DNA of 63,825 nt, counting the filler, from Octopus bimaculoides (lineage: Eukaryota), in the NCBI RefSeq assembly GCF_001194135.2. It is 8 parts of 5 records of this genome, joined end to end, with 100 filler letters (N's around TTAATTAATTAA, not from the genome) between each part and the next. Parts side by side here need not be neighbours in the genome. Positions count along the whole stretch, not along the records: positions 1 to 24,961 come from NC_068991.1; 7 more parts are not named here. One strand, written 5' to 3'. The notes beneath the pieces were generated by a model. It was not told where the DNA came from. It searched no databases and saw only the letters and a list, made by a program, of their open reading frames with translations. Shown here one piece after another: positions 1 through 12,845 of the stretch. Position 1 is the stretch's first letter, and every line of letters starts with the position of its first letter. The position numbers were made by a program, and so were the translations under genes.

Positions 1-45
<45 letters not shown>

Positions 46-284
46 TGTGCATATATACAGGCAGACAGTGGAATTTCTTTCCTCTTGACTCTCCCTTTTG
101 CTTTAGTCTCCCTAATTTCTTTCCGTCTCTTTCCGCAGTCTTCCTTTCCACTTGCCATATCAGCCGCAGTCGAAGTAAAGACAGTTTTAACATTTATAAC
201 TCTTTTAAATTGAAATTTTCACATTATTGGTATAGTAATTGATGTCATTTCAGTTGGCTTCCCAAGGTATTTATTCCTATTTCC

Positions 285-420
285 TTTGCTGTGGGTTTAA
301 GAAGTTCGCTTCGCAACCACAGAACAGCAACTTGGGTAAGTGTTTTCTCCTTTAGCGTTGTGAGTGAATTAGATTGACGCAAACTGTCTGGAATCCCGTC
401 GTACATACATACATACATAC
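285..420 (+). mobile_element. SINE family A, degraded head/body
   Basis: Aligns by eye to the better copy at 32654-32830 (aagaagttcgcttcgcaaccac...cttgggtaagtgt...ttgtgagtgaatt...cccgtcgta); ends in (TACA)n. Confidence 0.6.
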
Positions 421-439
421 GTAGATAGAGGAAATCCAC

Positions 440-1690
440 TCCATAGATATCAAAACCCGCAAAAGCCTGATAACAATTGGGAACTTCCACAGAAGCAGTG
501 ATGTTTACAGGCTCTACCTAAGAAAAAATGAAGGTGGTAGAGGCCTGAGATCAGTGCAGACGGCCTTCGAATGTCGTATGGTATCACTCAAGTAGTACCT
601 GCTGAACAACGGCAGCAAAAATAAATATATAAATGCAGTGCTGAAAAGTGAAGTGAGCAACATTGAGCGAGTTGGTAGCGAGATCCTCAAGAAGCACTCT
701 CTTCCTGATGATCTTCTATACAGCCCCAAAACAGCTGGGCTCTCTTACCTCAGAGAAGACCTGGATGGAAATCACTCAGCATACAAAAAAAAAAAAAAGA
801 CTATGCATGAGTATGTTGCTCGGAAGCTTGAAAAAGACTGTAGAATTGATACGAAGCACTTCCTCTCTTGGACACAAGAACACCACATCACACTTGAAGG
901 CTAAGCGTTTGCAACCCAGGAACAAGAGATTGCCACAAAGTACCTGGTTAATAAGAGAGACAGTGACGCCCTTGTAATCTTAAAGTGCAACCGCATGTGT
1001 AGGCTATGTCATGTTTCTGTGGAAGACATCACGCATGTGATTAGCAGCTGTTCTAAAATGTCGTCACGGTACTACCCCAATATGCGGCACGATGTTGTCG
1101 CTAAAACAATTTACAATACCATCCACAAGAAAGACTGTCCTGAAATAAACTTAGAAAATCCCTCTGTTATGGAATACATTCATAAACACTAACTCAAGGA
1201 ATACTGGTGGAATATTCTCATCAAAACTCCTGTCAAATGTAAAAATAACAGGCCAAATATTGTCGTTTGGGACAGAAAGGCAAAGGTATGTACCGTCATA
1301 GAGGTCAACTGCCCTGCAGATATAAATATCTCTTTGAAAATCAAAGAAAAAGAGGATATCAATGAACAAATGCTTCGAAACCTCCACCTTCTAGATCCAG
1401 ACTATGAATTCATATTCATACCAATAGTAATTGGAGCATTAGGTTTTGTTAGTAGATGCTTAAAGGAGAATCTGGATAAACTAGGGTTTTCAGAAAGAGA
1501 AATCGCCCGGCTAATTCGTACATTACAAGTGCAATCTTTGAGCGGAACAGTAAAACTATGCAAGACTTTTCTCAAGTTCCAAATGTGAATTTGTCTTATG
1601 TTAACTACATCCCAAAGATGGAGCCTTGTCTCTTTGTTGGAAACCGGCTCCTTCCTCAGCGGAAGATTTATAATAATTAAAAAATAGAAG
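440..1690 (+). mobile_element. R4/Dong-clade non-LTR retrotransposon, 5'-truncated and frameshifted (post-RT region, CCHC knuckle, restriction-like endonuclease, 3' UTR)
   Basis: Translates to DVYRLYLRKNEGGRGL, CRLCHVSVEDITHVISSC..M...YY...RHD, WWN...RPNIVVWD...VIEVNCPADINI..KIKEK, FIPIVIGALG; stop at 1588. Confidence 0.9.
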
Positions 1691-1769
1691 AGAGACATAC
1701 ATGTCGGAAGAATAAGCTTGTGGCTAAAGAAATAAGAACCTACAGTACGGCAGAAGCCATAACCACTCA

Positions 1770-2405
1770 TAATAAAGAAGAGTGCTGGTGGAATGTGCCA
1801 ATGAAAACCTCAATAAAATGTTAACACAATAGACCTGACATAATAATTCGGGATAAGGAAGAGAAACTGTGTATATTTGTGGATATCGGCTGCCCAGCGG
1901 ATGTTAACATAAAGCGAAAGATCAGCAGAAAAGAAAATACATACTCTGCACTATCGAGGAATCTCTATCCAGATTACAAGTTCAGGTTTATACCTGTAAT
2001 TATTGGGGCACTGGGATATGTAACATACTGCCTAAATACCAATCTCAAGAAATTAGGTTTCCCAAAACCAGAAAGAAGAAAGCTGATTCAAAAGCTACAG
2101 ATTCAAGCCATCACTGGAACTGTAAAAGTCTGCAAAACTTACCTGAAGTTTACCATTTAAGTATATATAAGCATGTCTAACCATGCAACTATATGCATAA
2201 GAACACATATATAAAACAAAATATACAAATCTGCGCATATACATACACACATACATACATACATACATACATACATACATGCATACATTCATTCATAAAT
2301 ACCCTCTTGATGTTGTTGAAACCTCAATGAAGGAGCATTGGATCTAGGTTAGAAACCGGCCCTTTCCCTATTGGCAAGAAATCTTGAAATAAAACCGAAT
2401 AATGA
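1770..2405 (+). mobile_element. Second R4/Dong-clade 3' fragment (RLE domain + 3' UTR)
   Basis: CWWNVP...NRPDIIIRD...FVDIGCPADVNIKRKISRKENTY...FIPVIIGALG...GTVKVCKTYLKFTI*, paralogous to 1200-1588. UTR ends ...gaaataaaaccgaataat followed by a CATA/CA repeat. Confidence 0.9.
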
Positions 2406-2497
2406 CATACCTACACACACACATACATACACTGATATATATATGCATATAGATAGATGCATATGTGTGTGTGCATGTGTGTGAGCATGTGTGTGTA

Positions 2498-2530
<33 letters not shown>

Positions 2531-3001
2531 CTGCATCTCCGTGTTTGTCCCTATGTGTGTGTCATCAGCTTGGAACAAGTAAAAGAAAAGAATATGTGAA
2601 TTTTACGTCCAATATATCTATCATGAATGGAGATGTTGAAAAAGCGATGACGACTTTTGATAATCTCTACAAACGATTGATTGATCGATGGAAGAATAAA
2701 CAAGTACTCAATTTTCGACAAGTCTTCGTAAGCTTTCAGGCAACAAATGCCAATGCAATGTCCTGTGGATTAACTATTAGCTATTGCATAGCTTCTTATC
2801 AGAAAGGAAATGTCTTGTCTGAAATTGCAGAGAAGAGTAACATTTATATTGAATTCATATGAGAAGAAAGTAATGCTTTACGTATATTAATCACAACTGT
2901 TTCCCAAAATATGTTCTTGCTCTTGCTTTCAGTTTAGTTAAATGAGAAGTTAGAGATTATCATAATTTGTTAAGTTAAAGGGAGTTAGAGACAACCACTA
3001 T

Positions 3002-4165
3002 TAGGAGAGTGGGCTGAAAAGTTCATAGAATGACTATGAAGGAGTGATGCTAGACCTATGAAATCTTGCATGCATTAACACTTCTTATTAACAACTGCAT
3101 TGTGTCTTTCAGCTAAACTGCTATCTGACTGTTCAAAGAAGACTTCAAATGTAACTAGTAGCTACATCTCTTGAAAATGGAGGAAACTTGGCATCGCGAT
3201 GTTATCAAGTACCTGCAGAAAATGGCTTAGCCTCCCAGGACATTCATGCTGACATAGTTGCTACATTAGGGAATGGTACTTCAGCTGTATCAACAGTGCA
3301 AAAGTGGGTAGCTGAATTTAGAAGGGGAAGGGAAAGTGTTGAAGCTGACCCAAGGTCTGGACATCCTGCAAGTGCCACCACCGAGGAAAAGATTGATCGT
3401 GTTCACCACATGGTGATAGATGACAGACGATTGACTACAAATCAGATAGCTAATGTTATTAGAATATTCCGTGAGAAAGCTGAAAATATTCTGTGAAATG
3501 AGCTTGACATGACGAAGTTTTCTGCTCGGTGGCTCCACGTCTTCTGACACCTGATCAAAAGCGCACCAAGCTGATCACGTCACAGAAAAATCTGACATTG
3601 TTTCAAGCTGGTCCAGCTGGTTTCCTCGAACGTTTCCTAACCCAGGATGAATGTTGGCTTCATCACTTTAAGCCAAAAGACAAAAAGACAATTCATGCTG
3701 TGGAAAAACCCTTTCTTACTTGCGCCAAAGAAGACCAAGATCGTTTCATCTGCAGGTAAGGTGATAACCTCAGATTTTTGGGATGCAAAAGACAATGTGT
3801 CTAATGATTATTTTCAAAAGGGCCACACCATCAACGGAGAGTACTATGCCAAATTGCTGAGACAGTTACGAAAGGCTATCAAGACCAAACGCCCAAGAAA
3901 ACTGATGAAGAGAGTCTTGTTTCATCAAGACAATGTTCCAGCACATGAGTCCTTGGTTTCAATGGCTGATGTTGCTGACGGTGGCTTTGAACTGGTTGAT
4001 TACTCTCCCTATTCTCCTGGTTTGACCCCATCTAACGATCATGTGTTCCCCAACATGAAAAAACATTTGGTTGGGAACCAGTATCACTGCTGTTTATGGC
4101 TTTTTTGATGAACAGTATGAAAGTTTCTTCACCAATGGGATCCAAACACTGCAACGCCGATGGAA
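3002..4165 (+). mobile_element. mariner (DD34D) transposon, near full length, pseudogenised; right end lost
   Basis: TIR-like ggagagtgggctgaaaagttc at ~3004; ATG at 3177. Motifs: HTH STVQKWVAEFRRGRESVEADPRSG, WLPRLL (WVPHEL-like), TQDECW, HQDNVPAH, YSPGLTPSN (YSPDLAPSD-like). Several frameshifts and stops. Confidence 0.93.
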
Positions 4166-4621
4166 GCTGACCCTTGTAGTTAAAGTCTTAGGGGAGGAAA
4201 TCATGATGGAACCACTATACTGTCACTTTACCTGTTAGTCATAGCACCTACATCACCTTTAAATCATTCATTGGCGTCTTAAAACATTTAAATTATGTAG
4301 TCCTTTAGATTATGCAGATAGAAGGCAATTGATCTTAAAACAACTCCATCATGGTTTAAAGCAGCCACCTGGTGTCCTGAATAATTTTAGTGGAATTCAT
4401 TCAGTTGCAAATATTTGAACATATAAAGAGACAGTACAGAAACATCGGAGGAAGAAAGGTCTTACTATTCTTTATCCAAGAAGCTAGGACATTTTTTAGA
4501 ACAAAGTGAAACTTTTCGTTGGCGGCAGTAAAATTTACACAAATTTCTTTTTAGAATTAATGATTCAACATCGCAGTGAACTTTATGTACGTACGTATGT
4601 ATATGGGTATACACACACACG

Positions 4622-4659
<38 letters not shown>

Positions 4660-6607
4660 NNNNNNNNNNNNNNNNNNNNNNNNNNNNNNNNNNNNNNNNN
4701 NNNNNNNNNNNNNNNNNNNNNNNNNNNNNNNNNNNNNNNNNNNNNNNNNNNNNNNNNNNNNNNNNNNNNNNNNNNNNNNNNNNNNNNNNNNNNNNNNNNN
4801 NNNNNNNNNNNNNNNNNNNNNNNNNNNNNNNNNNNNNNNNNNNNNNNNNNNNNNNNNNNNNNNNNNNNNNNNNNNNNNNNNNNNNNNNNNNNNNNNNNNN
4901 NNNNNNNNNNNNNNNNNNNNNNNNNNNNNNNNNNNNNNNNNNNNNNNNNNNNNNNNNNNNNNNNNNNNNNNNNNNNNNNNNNNNNNNNNNNNNNNNNNNN
5001 NNNNNNNNNNNNNNNNNNNNNNNNNNNNNNNNNNNNNNNNNNNNNNNNNNNNNNNNNNNNNNNNNNNNNNNNNNNNNNNNNNNNNNNNNNNNNNNNNNNN
5101 NNNNNNNNNNNNNNNNNNNNNNNNNNNNNNNNNNNNNNNNNNNNNNNNNNNNNNNNNNNNNNNNNNNNNNNNNNNNNNNNNNNNNNNNNNNNNNNNNNNN
5201 NNNNNNNNNNNNNNNNNNNNNNNNNNNNNNNNNNNNNNNNNNNNNNNNNNNNNNNNNNNNNNNNNNNNNNNNNNNNNNNNNNNNNNNNNNNNNNNNNNNN
5301 NNNNNNNNNNNNNNNNNNNNNNNNNNNNNNNNNNNNNNNNNNNNNNNNNNNNNNNNNNNNNNNNNNNNNNNNNNNNNNNNNNNNNNNNNNNNNNNNNNNN
5401 NNNNNNNNNNNNNNNNNNNNNNNNNNNNNNNNNNNNNNNNNNNNNNNNNNNNNNNNNNNNNNNNNNNNNNNNNNNNNNNNNNNNNNNNNNNNNNNNNNNN
5501 NNNNNNNNNNNNNNNNNNNNNNNNNNNNNNTATATATATATATATATATATATATATCACCATTCCTACGTAATTTCTAACGTTTCTCTGTTTTTTTTAG
5601 CTACCGACGAGTACCTTATGGCAACGCAGATTCTTAAATACAAATTTCTTGTCATTCTGTATGAAACAATTATATAGCTACATGAGTAAAAGAAGAAAAT
5701 TATCATCCATATTAGCATCTAATCTCATCCATTTACGTAAATATGAACGAACTTGTTGAACTCTGTATATATATATATATATGTCTGTGTATAATCAAAC
5801 TTACCTATGTATGTATGTATGTATGTACGTATGTATGTATGTATGTATGTATGTATATATGTATGAATGTATGTATGTATGTATGCATGTATGTATGTAT
5901 GTGTACAACATTTATTTCCACATCTAAAGTGTTCAACTATTTTAGTTGTGTATCGTGAAAATAATATTATATGCTTTACAATGATTTGCATCCAACTGAG
6001 AATGTTGTACACAAGTGCAAATATATGTATATTCCATAGATTTTACGGAAGCTGGAGATAAACGTCCATCCAGAGAAAATAGTGCTGCTTATGACAAAAT
6101 GATAGCTTGAACCTTTTCAAGAAACCTTGTCTGTAAATGTTTTTAAAGTACCGGGAACTGTACGATTTATTGTGATCGACCAACCACAGGGGGTTTTATC
6201 TACAAACAGTGGTAGGACCGTAAAAACTAAGCGAGTGTTTTGCGCTGTTCATTACATTTCTTCATCGCATGTTAAAGTTCAGATGATATAATCGGTATTT
6301 AAGACGATCCGTAGTTTTGGAAGGATGATTTTAGGTTCAAATTCCGTGCTGTACATTAACGTATACGATACTTATACGTATGTATTCTGTATGTGCGTGT
6401 GTGTGTAAGTGGGTGCGAATGAAGGGGTATATACAGTGTGAATATACTGGTTTGAGACTCTCTGCCATACCGGATGAAGATTGACTTCAATATCACAACA
6501 ACGTCGACATGGACTAATGTATTTTCTTATTTACCTTTCTGTTTTTTTTTATTGCTGCTATGATAACTGCTGCATCAACTCAATTTTTCTTATTTCTTTT
6601 CCCCCTC

Positions 6608-6658
<51 letters not shown>

Positions 6659-6675
6659 GTCTATCTGTCTATCTG
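6608..6675. repeat. (TCTA)n microsatellite
   Basis: Direct reading. Confidence 0.95.
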
Positions 6676-7599
6676 TCGCTCTTTTTTGCTTTACATACTT
6701 GCCTACGTACACTATGCATGACTGTGGGCGCGGAACACACATCATTATGTATTTTTTCGCTGAAAATACCGAAGAAACGTGCCCATCACTTTGTGTAACT
6801 GGCCATTCTCTCTACGTAATAGCGACATTCAGGTCACAGAAATACGTGTATCTTATAAACAGCTTAAAATTAGCAATTACGTTTTCTTCGTTTTTCATGT
6901 GTTTGTGCGTGTGTGTGTGTTGGTGTGTGCATGTGTGTGTATATGTACACACACACACATACACACACACACACGCGCATGTGTATAATTTCTTTACGAG
7001 CTAATTTTATTTCTATGTACTACTTATACGTCAAGAATGTTAAACATGTCAACATTATTTTGTTTATACGAAAATAAATTTGGAAAGATTGCAAATGACG
7101 TATTATTTGGCAAAATTGGGAATATCTGGCAGTAATTTTAAGAGTCGATAATCCATTTTATGTGAATGGAAACGAATTGCAAATGCTCTGAAGACTAATG
7201 TTCGAATTGTTTGAGAAATCTTCTCATAGCACACTAACATACTTAATTTTTTGCTTCTTGTTGGCTTTACTGTAGCCGACGCAAATCACCTCGAACTGTA
7301 GAGATTTTATACAAGTTTTCTGAACGAAAAAATCGATTTAATTTGTTTTTCTTGTAAATTGGCCAGACATGAAGATGCAACTTCCAAAATATCTGGCCGT
7401 CATCTTGAAATAGCAATACATTTTAGATGGATCAGTTCATATTCAACGGTTGAAATTTGTTTAATCTCTAGTTGGGAATACTCATGAACAATTTCTAATT
7501 TCCATTATTAACTCGTCGATTTTTCACGTTTTTAGATTCATTCAACAGCTACTGTTAAACAGCATAGCTATGCCGTTTCGAGATGTGCTGTGTTACCCA

Positions 7600-7645
7600 C
7601 GATAACAAGCGCAACAACAGCAACATCAATAGTAATGGTAGCAGA

Positions 7646-7705
<60 letters not shown>

Positions 7706-7748
7706 TCTACTACTACTACTACTATTGCTGCTGCAGCTGCTGCTGCTT

Positions 7749-7817
<69 letters not shown>

Positions 7818-7845
7818 ATAATAATAATAATAATATTAATAATTA
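7600..7845. repeat. Compound trinucleotide microsatellite (GCA)n(GTA)n/(CTA)n(CTG)n(CTA)n(TAA)n
   Basis: Direct reading; contains an inverted arrangement (see findings). Confidence 0.95.
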
Positions 7846-7889
7846 GAAGTACTGTTGTACTGATTTCTATAGCACTGACGTAGAAAGAA

Positions 7890-8510
7890 AAGTAAGGGTA
7901 CTACACATGTAAGGTACCAACGCATAGAAAATGTACTATTGACATATAAGTTACACTATGTACAGTCTATAGTACTGACATCTGGGGTACTAACACGTAG
8001 AAAATGTAGTACTATCAACATATAGAAACTGCAGTATTGATAGGTAAGGTAGGTATCAACGTGTAGAAACTGCAGTGCTGGTATGTACGACAGGTACTGA
8101 CCTATAAAAAGTGTAGTTCTGACATATAAGATTCCACTGTGTAGAGAATGTAATACTGACATGTAAGGTGCACACGTGTAGAGAGGGTAGCACTGACATA
8201 CATAGTAACAACGTGTAAGGACTGTAATACTAGTATTAAATTGCTATCATGTAGAAACTGTAGTTCTGACATAAGGTGTCAGTATGCAGAGAGTGTAGTA
8301 CTAACATGTAAGATATCAACATGTACAGACTGTTCCACTGGCGTGTAAGGTACTACCATTTAGAGAATATAGCATTATCTAGCATGTAATGTATGGAAAT
8401 ATTGAGAATAGAATACTGACATGCAAAATACCAACATGCAGACAGTGTTGTACTGGCACGCAAGGTGCGAATATGTAGAAACTGAAGTACTGACATTTAT
8501 GGGTACATTA
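7890..8510. repeat. Degenerate minisatellite, ~37-bp unit (approximate consensus ATGTAGARACTGTAGTACTGACATGTAAGGTACCAAC)
   Basis: Recurrent gtagaaactg, tagtactgacat and tgtaaggtac words at ~35-45 bp spacing. Confidence 0.75.
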
Positions 8511-8689
8511 CATCGAGCTATGTATGGTGTCACTACGTAAAGGATTTTGTGCTGCCGTTAATGTGCCAACATATAAAATGTTGAAAAATGAGTTTGGTTA
8601 ACAATATATTGAGTTCAACCTGATTGACTACTTCTGTGAAATATCGCTGCTACAACAAATAATATTTGTCTGATTATTCCTTTTATGTA

Positions 8690-8835
8690 TTGGTTGCCAA
8701 TGGTGATATCGATTTTACTATCCTTTGCACTAATATCTCATCTTCTATCATTCACCCTAGGGACTCTTTACTCCTGACCTTTATATTTTGCCTTTCAACG
8801 ATCTATGGTCACTAACCTATGCTGATGACGACTAC
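8690..8835 (+). mobile_element. Small LINE reverse-transcriptase remnant (CR1/L2/Jockey-type motifs)
   Basis: Frame starting at 8752 reads SP*GLFTPDLYILPFNDLWSLTYADD, resembling PQG..L.P.LF...NDL..YADD. Confidence 0.5.
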
Positions 8836-8843
8836 TATTGTTT

Positions 8844-8875
<32 letters not shown>

Positions 8876-9299
8876 TGATACTGGCTGGACGCGTATCGTA
8901 TCGCTCGTAAGTTTTATTTTTAATTTTGTCTCCAAAAGTTGTTAATTGTTTAATGTTGTTGCAAAACGTTTTAGAAACTACCACCATTGTATAAGTCTGA
9001 TTGGCTGATTTGTTAGTGCCCCTTCGGGGGAACAAATTCTAAGAGAGGATTTTCAATATCTGTTAGAAAAATAATTTTACAAACAAACATACCGATATCC
9101 GCTCTGCTCAGTGACGTGGAGTAGAAACTCAGAGATAACTCTGATTGTAAGTTGCAATACACGTCGGTCCTTTGCCTTCAACCCTTAAATGGATGGGGAG
9201 GTGAACAGTCGCCAATTTGAAATTCCAGTGGACCAGAATACCACTATGTCGAATAACAGCGGCAGTAACAACAGCCACGACAACACAGCATGGGATTTA

Positions 9300-12100
9300 A
9301 TTCCAACTAGTTGACCTTCTCCCAGTGAACGCAACAGTACCACAGACATCGGCTGCTAAAAGTAGTGAACTGTATAATATGGATATCCTACATAAAGACA
9401 TATGTCTTGCGCAAGCGGCTAAACTGATAACGCTTGAAAATTCACTGGCTGAAGTGCTGGAAGAAACGCTCAAATAATCTGTAATATATAAATGTGTATA
9501 CTTATGCTCAAAATAGCCGAAAACAGCTAGTTAAATAGAAGTGGAAGGAGCGTTTCAAGAAATAATGCCCGATGTCCAATATATTTCGAGAGCCAACCAA
9601 TTTACCGGCATTTCAGTGCTTTTGAAGAGTGAAGCCTTAGCCACCAAACACTCCTTGGTTCCTGTCGGAGCGATAAATATGTTCTCCATCCATTATATTT
9701 AAGAAGGAGGATGGTGAAGATCTTAAGAATTCCACCTGAGGTGAGTGAATACATGGTGAATTTTAATGTGCATCGTATTGGAAGGGAGTAACAGCCTCTA
9801 GGAGGTGAAGCGAACTCGGCTTGAAAACTAGTTAGGGATCAGTGTGGAGGTGCTATTCCACGTCAAATCAGGCAACACCTACAAGATCTCACCTCATTTG
9901 TCTTCAGGGCGGGAAGAATCTGCAGGCTACAGTTGAGTGTAGAAGGCCTTAGGGCCATCCGTGAGAGGAGAATAACCACATGAGAACTTTCTACCCTCCA
10001 CAAAAGACAGGGTACCGTAGGACCACTGATTGCCAACACCAGATTTCCAAAAACCACAACTAAACTAAAAGCGAATAACAACAAAAACGGCACCAACCCC
10101 CGCAACAACGGCAACATCAACAACAGGAACATTAAAATCACCAAGTGCTGGAAGAGCAACAACACCAGCAACAACACCAGCAACAATACCAGCAACAACA
10201 ACAACACCAACAATACCAGCAGGAGATGCACCACCACCACCACCACCACCACCTTCGACAGCAGAAGGAATAATGATGGACACACAATATTCAATGGTTC
10301 TCCTAACGAACTTTCTCCTCCCTCTCTCTCTCCATCTTCTCTAAACACAAATACACACACAAACTCTTACTTAGATTCCACAAATACTGACACCTCTGCA
10401 TCTCATAGAGAAAATGAGAGAGAACCCCGCTAAACCAAAAAAAGACAGGGGACAGCGACTAAAAATAAAACACCAATACACATAAAAAAAAGAAAACATA
10501 CCCACAAGAGTCACATACACAACTACAGCAACACCATCCTCTCCAGCACCACAATCGTCAGTACATCCACCGCTATCACAATCAGCTCCACCAACATTAC
10601 CACAACGTAACAAACAACCCACCAAAAGGAAACACACGCACACAACGGCAACAACCAATCATACAAAAACAAAAATTCATGCTAAGGAGGAGTCCTTTAC
10701 TAGCAGTTGGAAACATATAAAGACATTAGGGAGAGCTTCCCTCATGACGTAGGAAGCCCTTATGAAAAAGCCATGAGTAGGCTCTAAAGGGGGTTCCCAA
10801 AGGGATCCCAACACTATAAGGAAGTTGAATCACCTGACCTCCAACGGTGCCAGGTAAGCAAGTAGCCCCACTCGTTTTATCTACTCTGAACTCTCTCTCT
10901 GGTCATCATGGTGAGTCTAAGAGTGTGGCCTGGGGTCACCTTCGGAGCATGCTCGCCTGATCAATAACCTCAAGGCACTAGCAATGGATGTGATGACCGT
11001 CAGTGAGACTAGAATTTCCAATACATATGATCTAGTCTCTATTTTCAACGACTTAGATCTACGTATCTCTGTATCGACCTGGAATGGGAGTGGGGTGGCA
11101 CAACTATTTAGGAAATGACTGGATCTCGAGATAGGGGCAATCTTTCTAAGCTCGGAAGGTAAGTTGGTGGTCCTAGATGTGAGCAATAGCTGACAGATAC
11201 CGACTGGCTTCCGAATGCGACAAATGTGTATAGAGGTAACAGTGTAACAGTATCGATTTTTCCAGATAGTATCTAGATAGAGTGATTTGGAAGCTTTTGA
11301 CAGAAGTTGCATAAGTCATCCACAGTTCAATGTCGTCGGCTACACAGATCAGAACTTTGGGATCTGTACAGTCGACCTAGATAAGATCCATAGACGGTGA
11401 TACTGGAAACTGAACGCGTCTTTCTCGGAGCGTCAAATTTTCAGAGACCGGGTTAGCAAGTTAGTTCATCGAAAGTTCTCGAATGAGACCGTCAACAACC
11501 TTTGGTGGAAAGCCTAAAAGGGAGCTATTAGAGTAGAGACGTTTGGATTTAGTAAAGAAATGACGTTAGAGGAATTTAGAATAGAGGGAGACCTAGTCAG
11601 GAAACTATAAGATGCAGTTAGAAGAGGCAAAATGACCGATGCGTTGGAGGCAAGATTCTTCAATACCAAGCTCAAAGGTTGCGTAGTTAGAGCTAGGGTG
11701 CATGTACTAAAACAAGAGGGAATGAAAGCTGTTCGATGGGCCCTGGTGGCGAAGGCACAACGTGGTAAAAAAAGCTTCAATTCAGTTTTTTATGGGTTGG
11801 GATAGGCGCATACCACTCAAATGCAAGCAACTGTGTGCGGAATTACAGCGGCACTTTGCCGAACCGAATGGAGCACGTGGTAATTCGGAGGCAGGGGTAT
11901 ATTTCACCTGCTACCTCGATGGCATGTCATGGATGCGGAGTTCTGCGAAATGCCGGTAATAGCCGAGAACATACGGAACGCGATAATTAGCCGCACAATG
12001 GAGCAGTCTCCGAAGCTGGATGGTCTACCTTTCGAGGTTTATCGTTATATTCCACATTTGTTCGGTGATCTCTTTGGCTGATATCTATAGCTGGCAGCAG
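9300..12100 (+). mobile_element. Tx1/L1-clade LINE, 5' half (ORF1 remnant + APE endonuclease + start of ORF2 RT region), degraded
   Basis: ORF1-like LQATVECRRP*GHP*EENNHMRT (decayed CCHC). ORF2 from ~10900: GLGS...DVMTVSETR, GVAQLFRK, GKLVVLDV, GYTDQ, YWKLNAS, WWKA*KGAIR, GCVVRARV, SPKLDGLPFEVY...HLFG, WQQ. The ORF1 start is uncertain. Confidence 0.85.
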
Positions 12101-12439
12101 TACTATTATTGCCATAAGTGCCCCCACTGGCGGCACAAAGACCAATACCACCACCACTACCACCACCACCACCACCACCACCACCCCACCACCAGCAGCA
12201 GAACAATAACAACAACAACAACATTGCTTTTATTCAAATTACCACTGATGATGATCGATTCTCCGCCGATTTCGGTGATGAGCATTTAGTTGTTCAATCA
12301 ATTGAACAACGTATGCATTAAATTAGTGATTAGCCGGCTGAGTATTCCAGTAACACAGGCACCATTAACATAATTCTCAAGTCGAAAAGCTGTACTTTTG
12401 AAATATAGGCACATTTAATCCGTTAAGCCTATGTATAGC

Positions 12440-12590
12440 TTGCTTGTATCCAGTTTCACTCACAAGACTATGGTAGACCCAGGGATGTGATTAAAAACGC
12501 TTTTTCAAGGTACTGCTCAACAGGATCAAACTCGAGCTCTTGCTATTGCAAAGCGAACTTCATAACTACTCGGTCATGCTCTGCGCCATT
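12440..12590 (-). mobile_element. SINE family A, degraded
   Basis: ccagtttcactcacaagac...caaggtactgctcaacaggatcaaactc...cgaacttcataactactcggtcatgctctgcgcc matches the reverse-strand pattern of 28280-28443. Confidence 0.55.
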
Positions 12591-12595
12591 TACAA

Positions 12596-12657
<62 letters not shown>

Positions 12658-12722
12658 CACCACCACCACCACTGTCACTACTGCTACCACTACCACCACA
12701 ATTACTGTCATCAGCAATAATG

Positions 12723-12754
<32 letters not shown>

Positions 12755-12845
12755 GTTGTCGTTGTCGCCTCCATCATTCTCATCCTCAGCCTCGCCGTCG
12801 TCCTTATCAGCGCTGTCACCGCCAACGCTCCCCATCACCATTATC
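12590..12845. repeat. Compound trinucleotide microsatellite (CTA)n-(CCA)n-(CAT)n-(CGT)n
   Basis: Direct reading. Confidence 0.9.

Noticed and set aside
2491-2862. 123-aa ORF
   Set aside because: Starts in (TG)n; remainder has no recognisable motif or splice support.
4506-5580. Long ORFs of 200-430 aa over N runs (also 16.5k, 19.4k, 23.1k, 32.8k, 37.7k, 39.7k, 46.5k, 48.4k, 49.7k, 50.9k, 52.4k)
   Set aside because: Composed of X from gaps plus microsatellite translation.
7890-8510. CRISPR-like or regularly spaced repeat array
   Set aside because: No constant repeat with unique spacers; units are contiguous and degenerate, and the context is eukaryotic.
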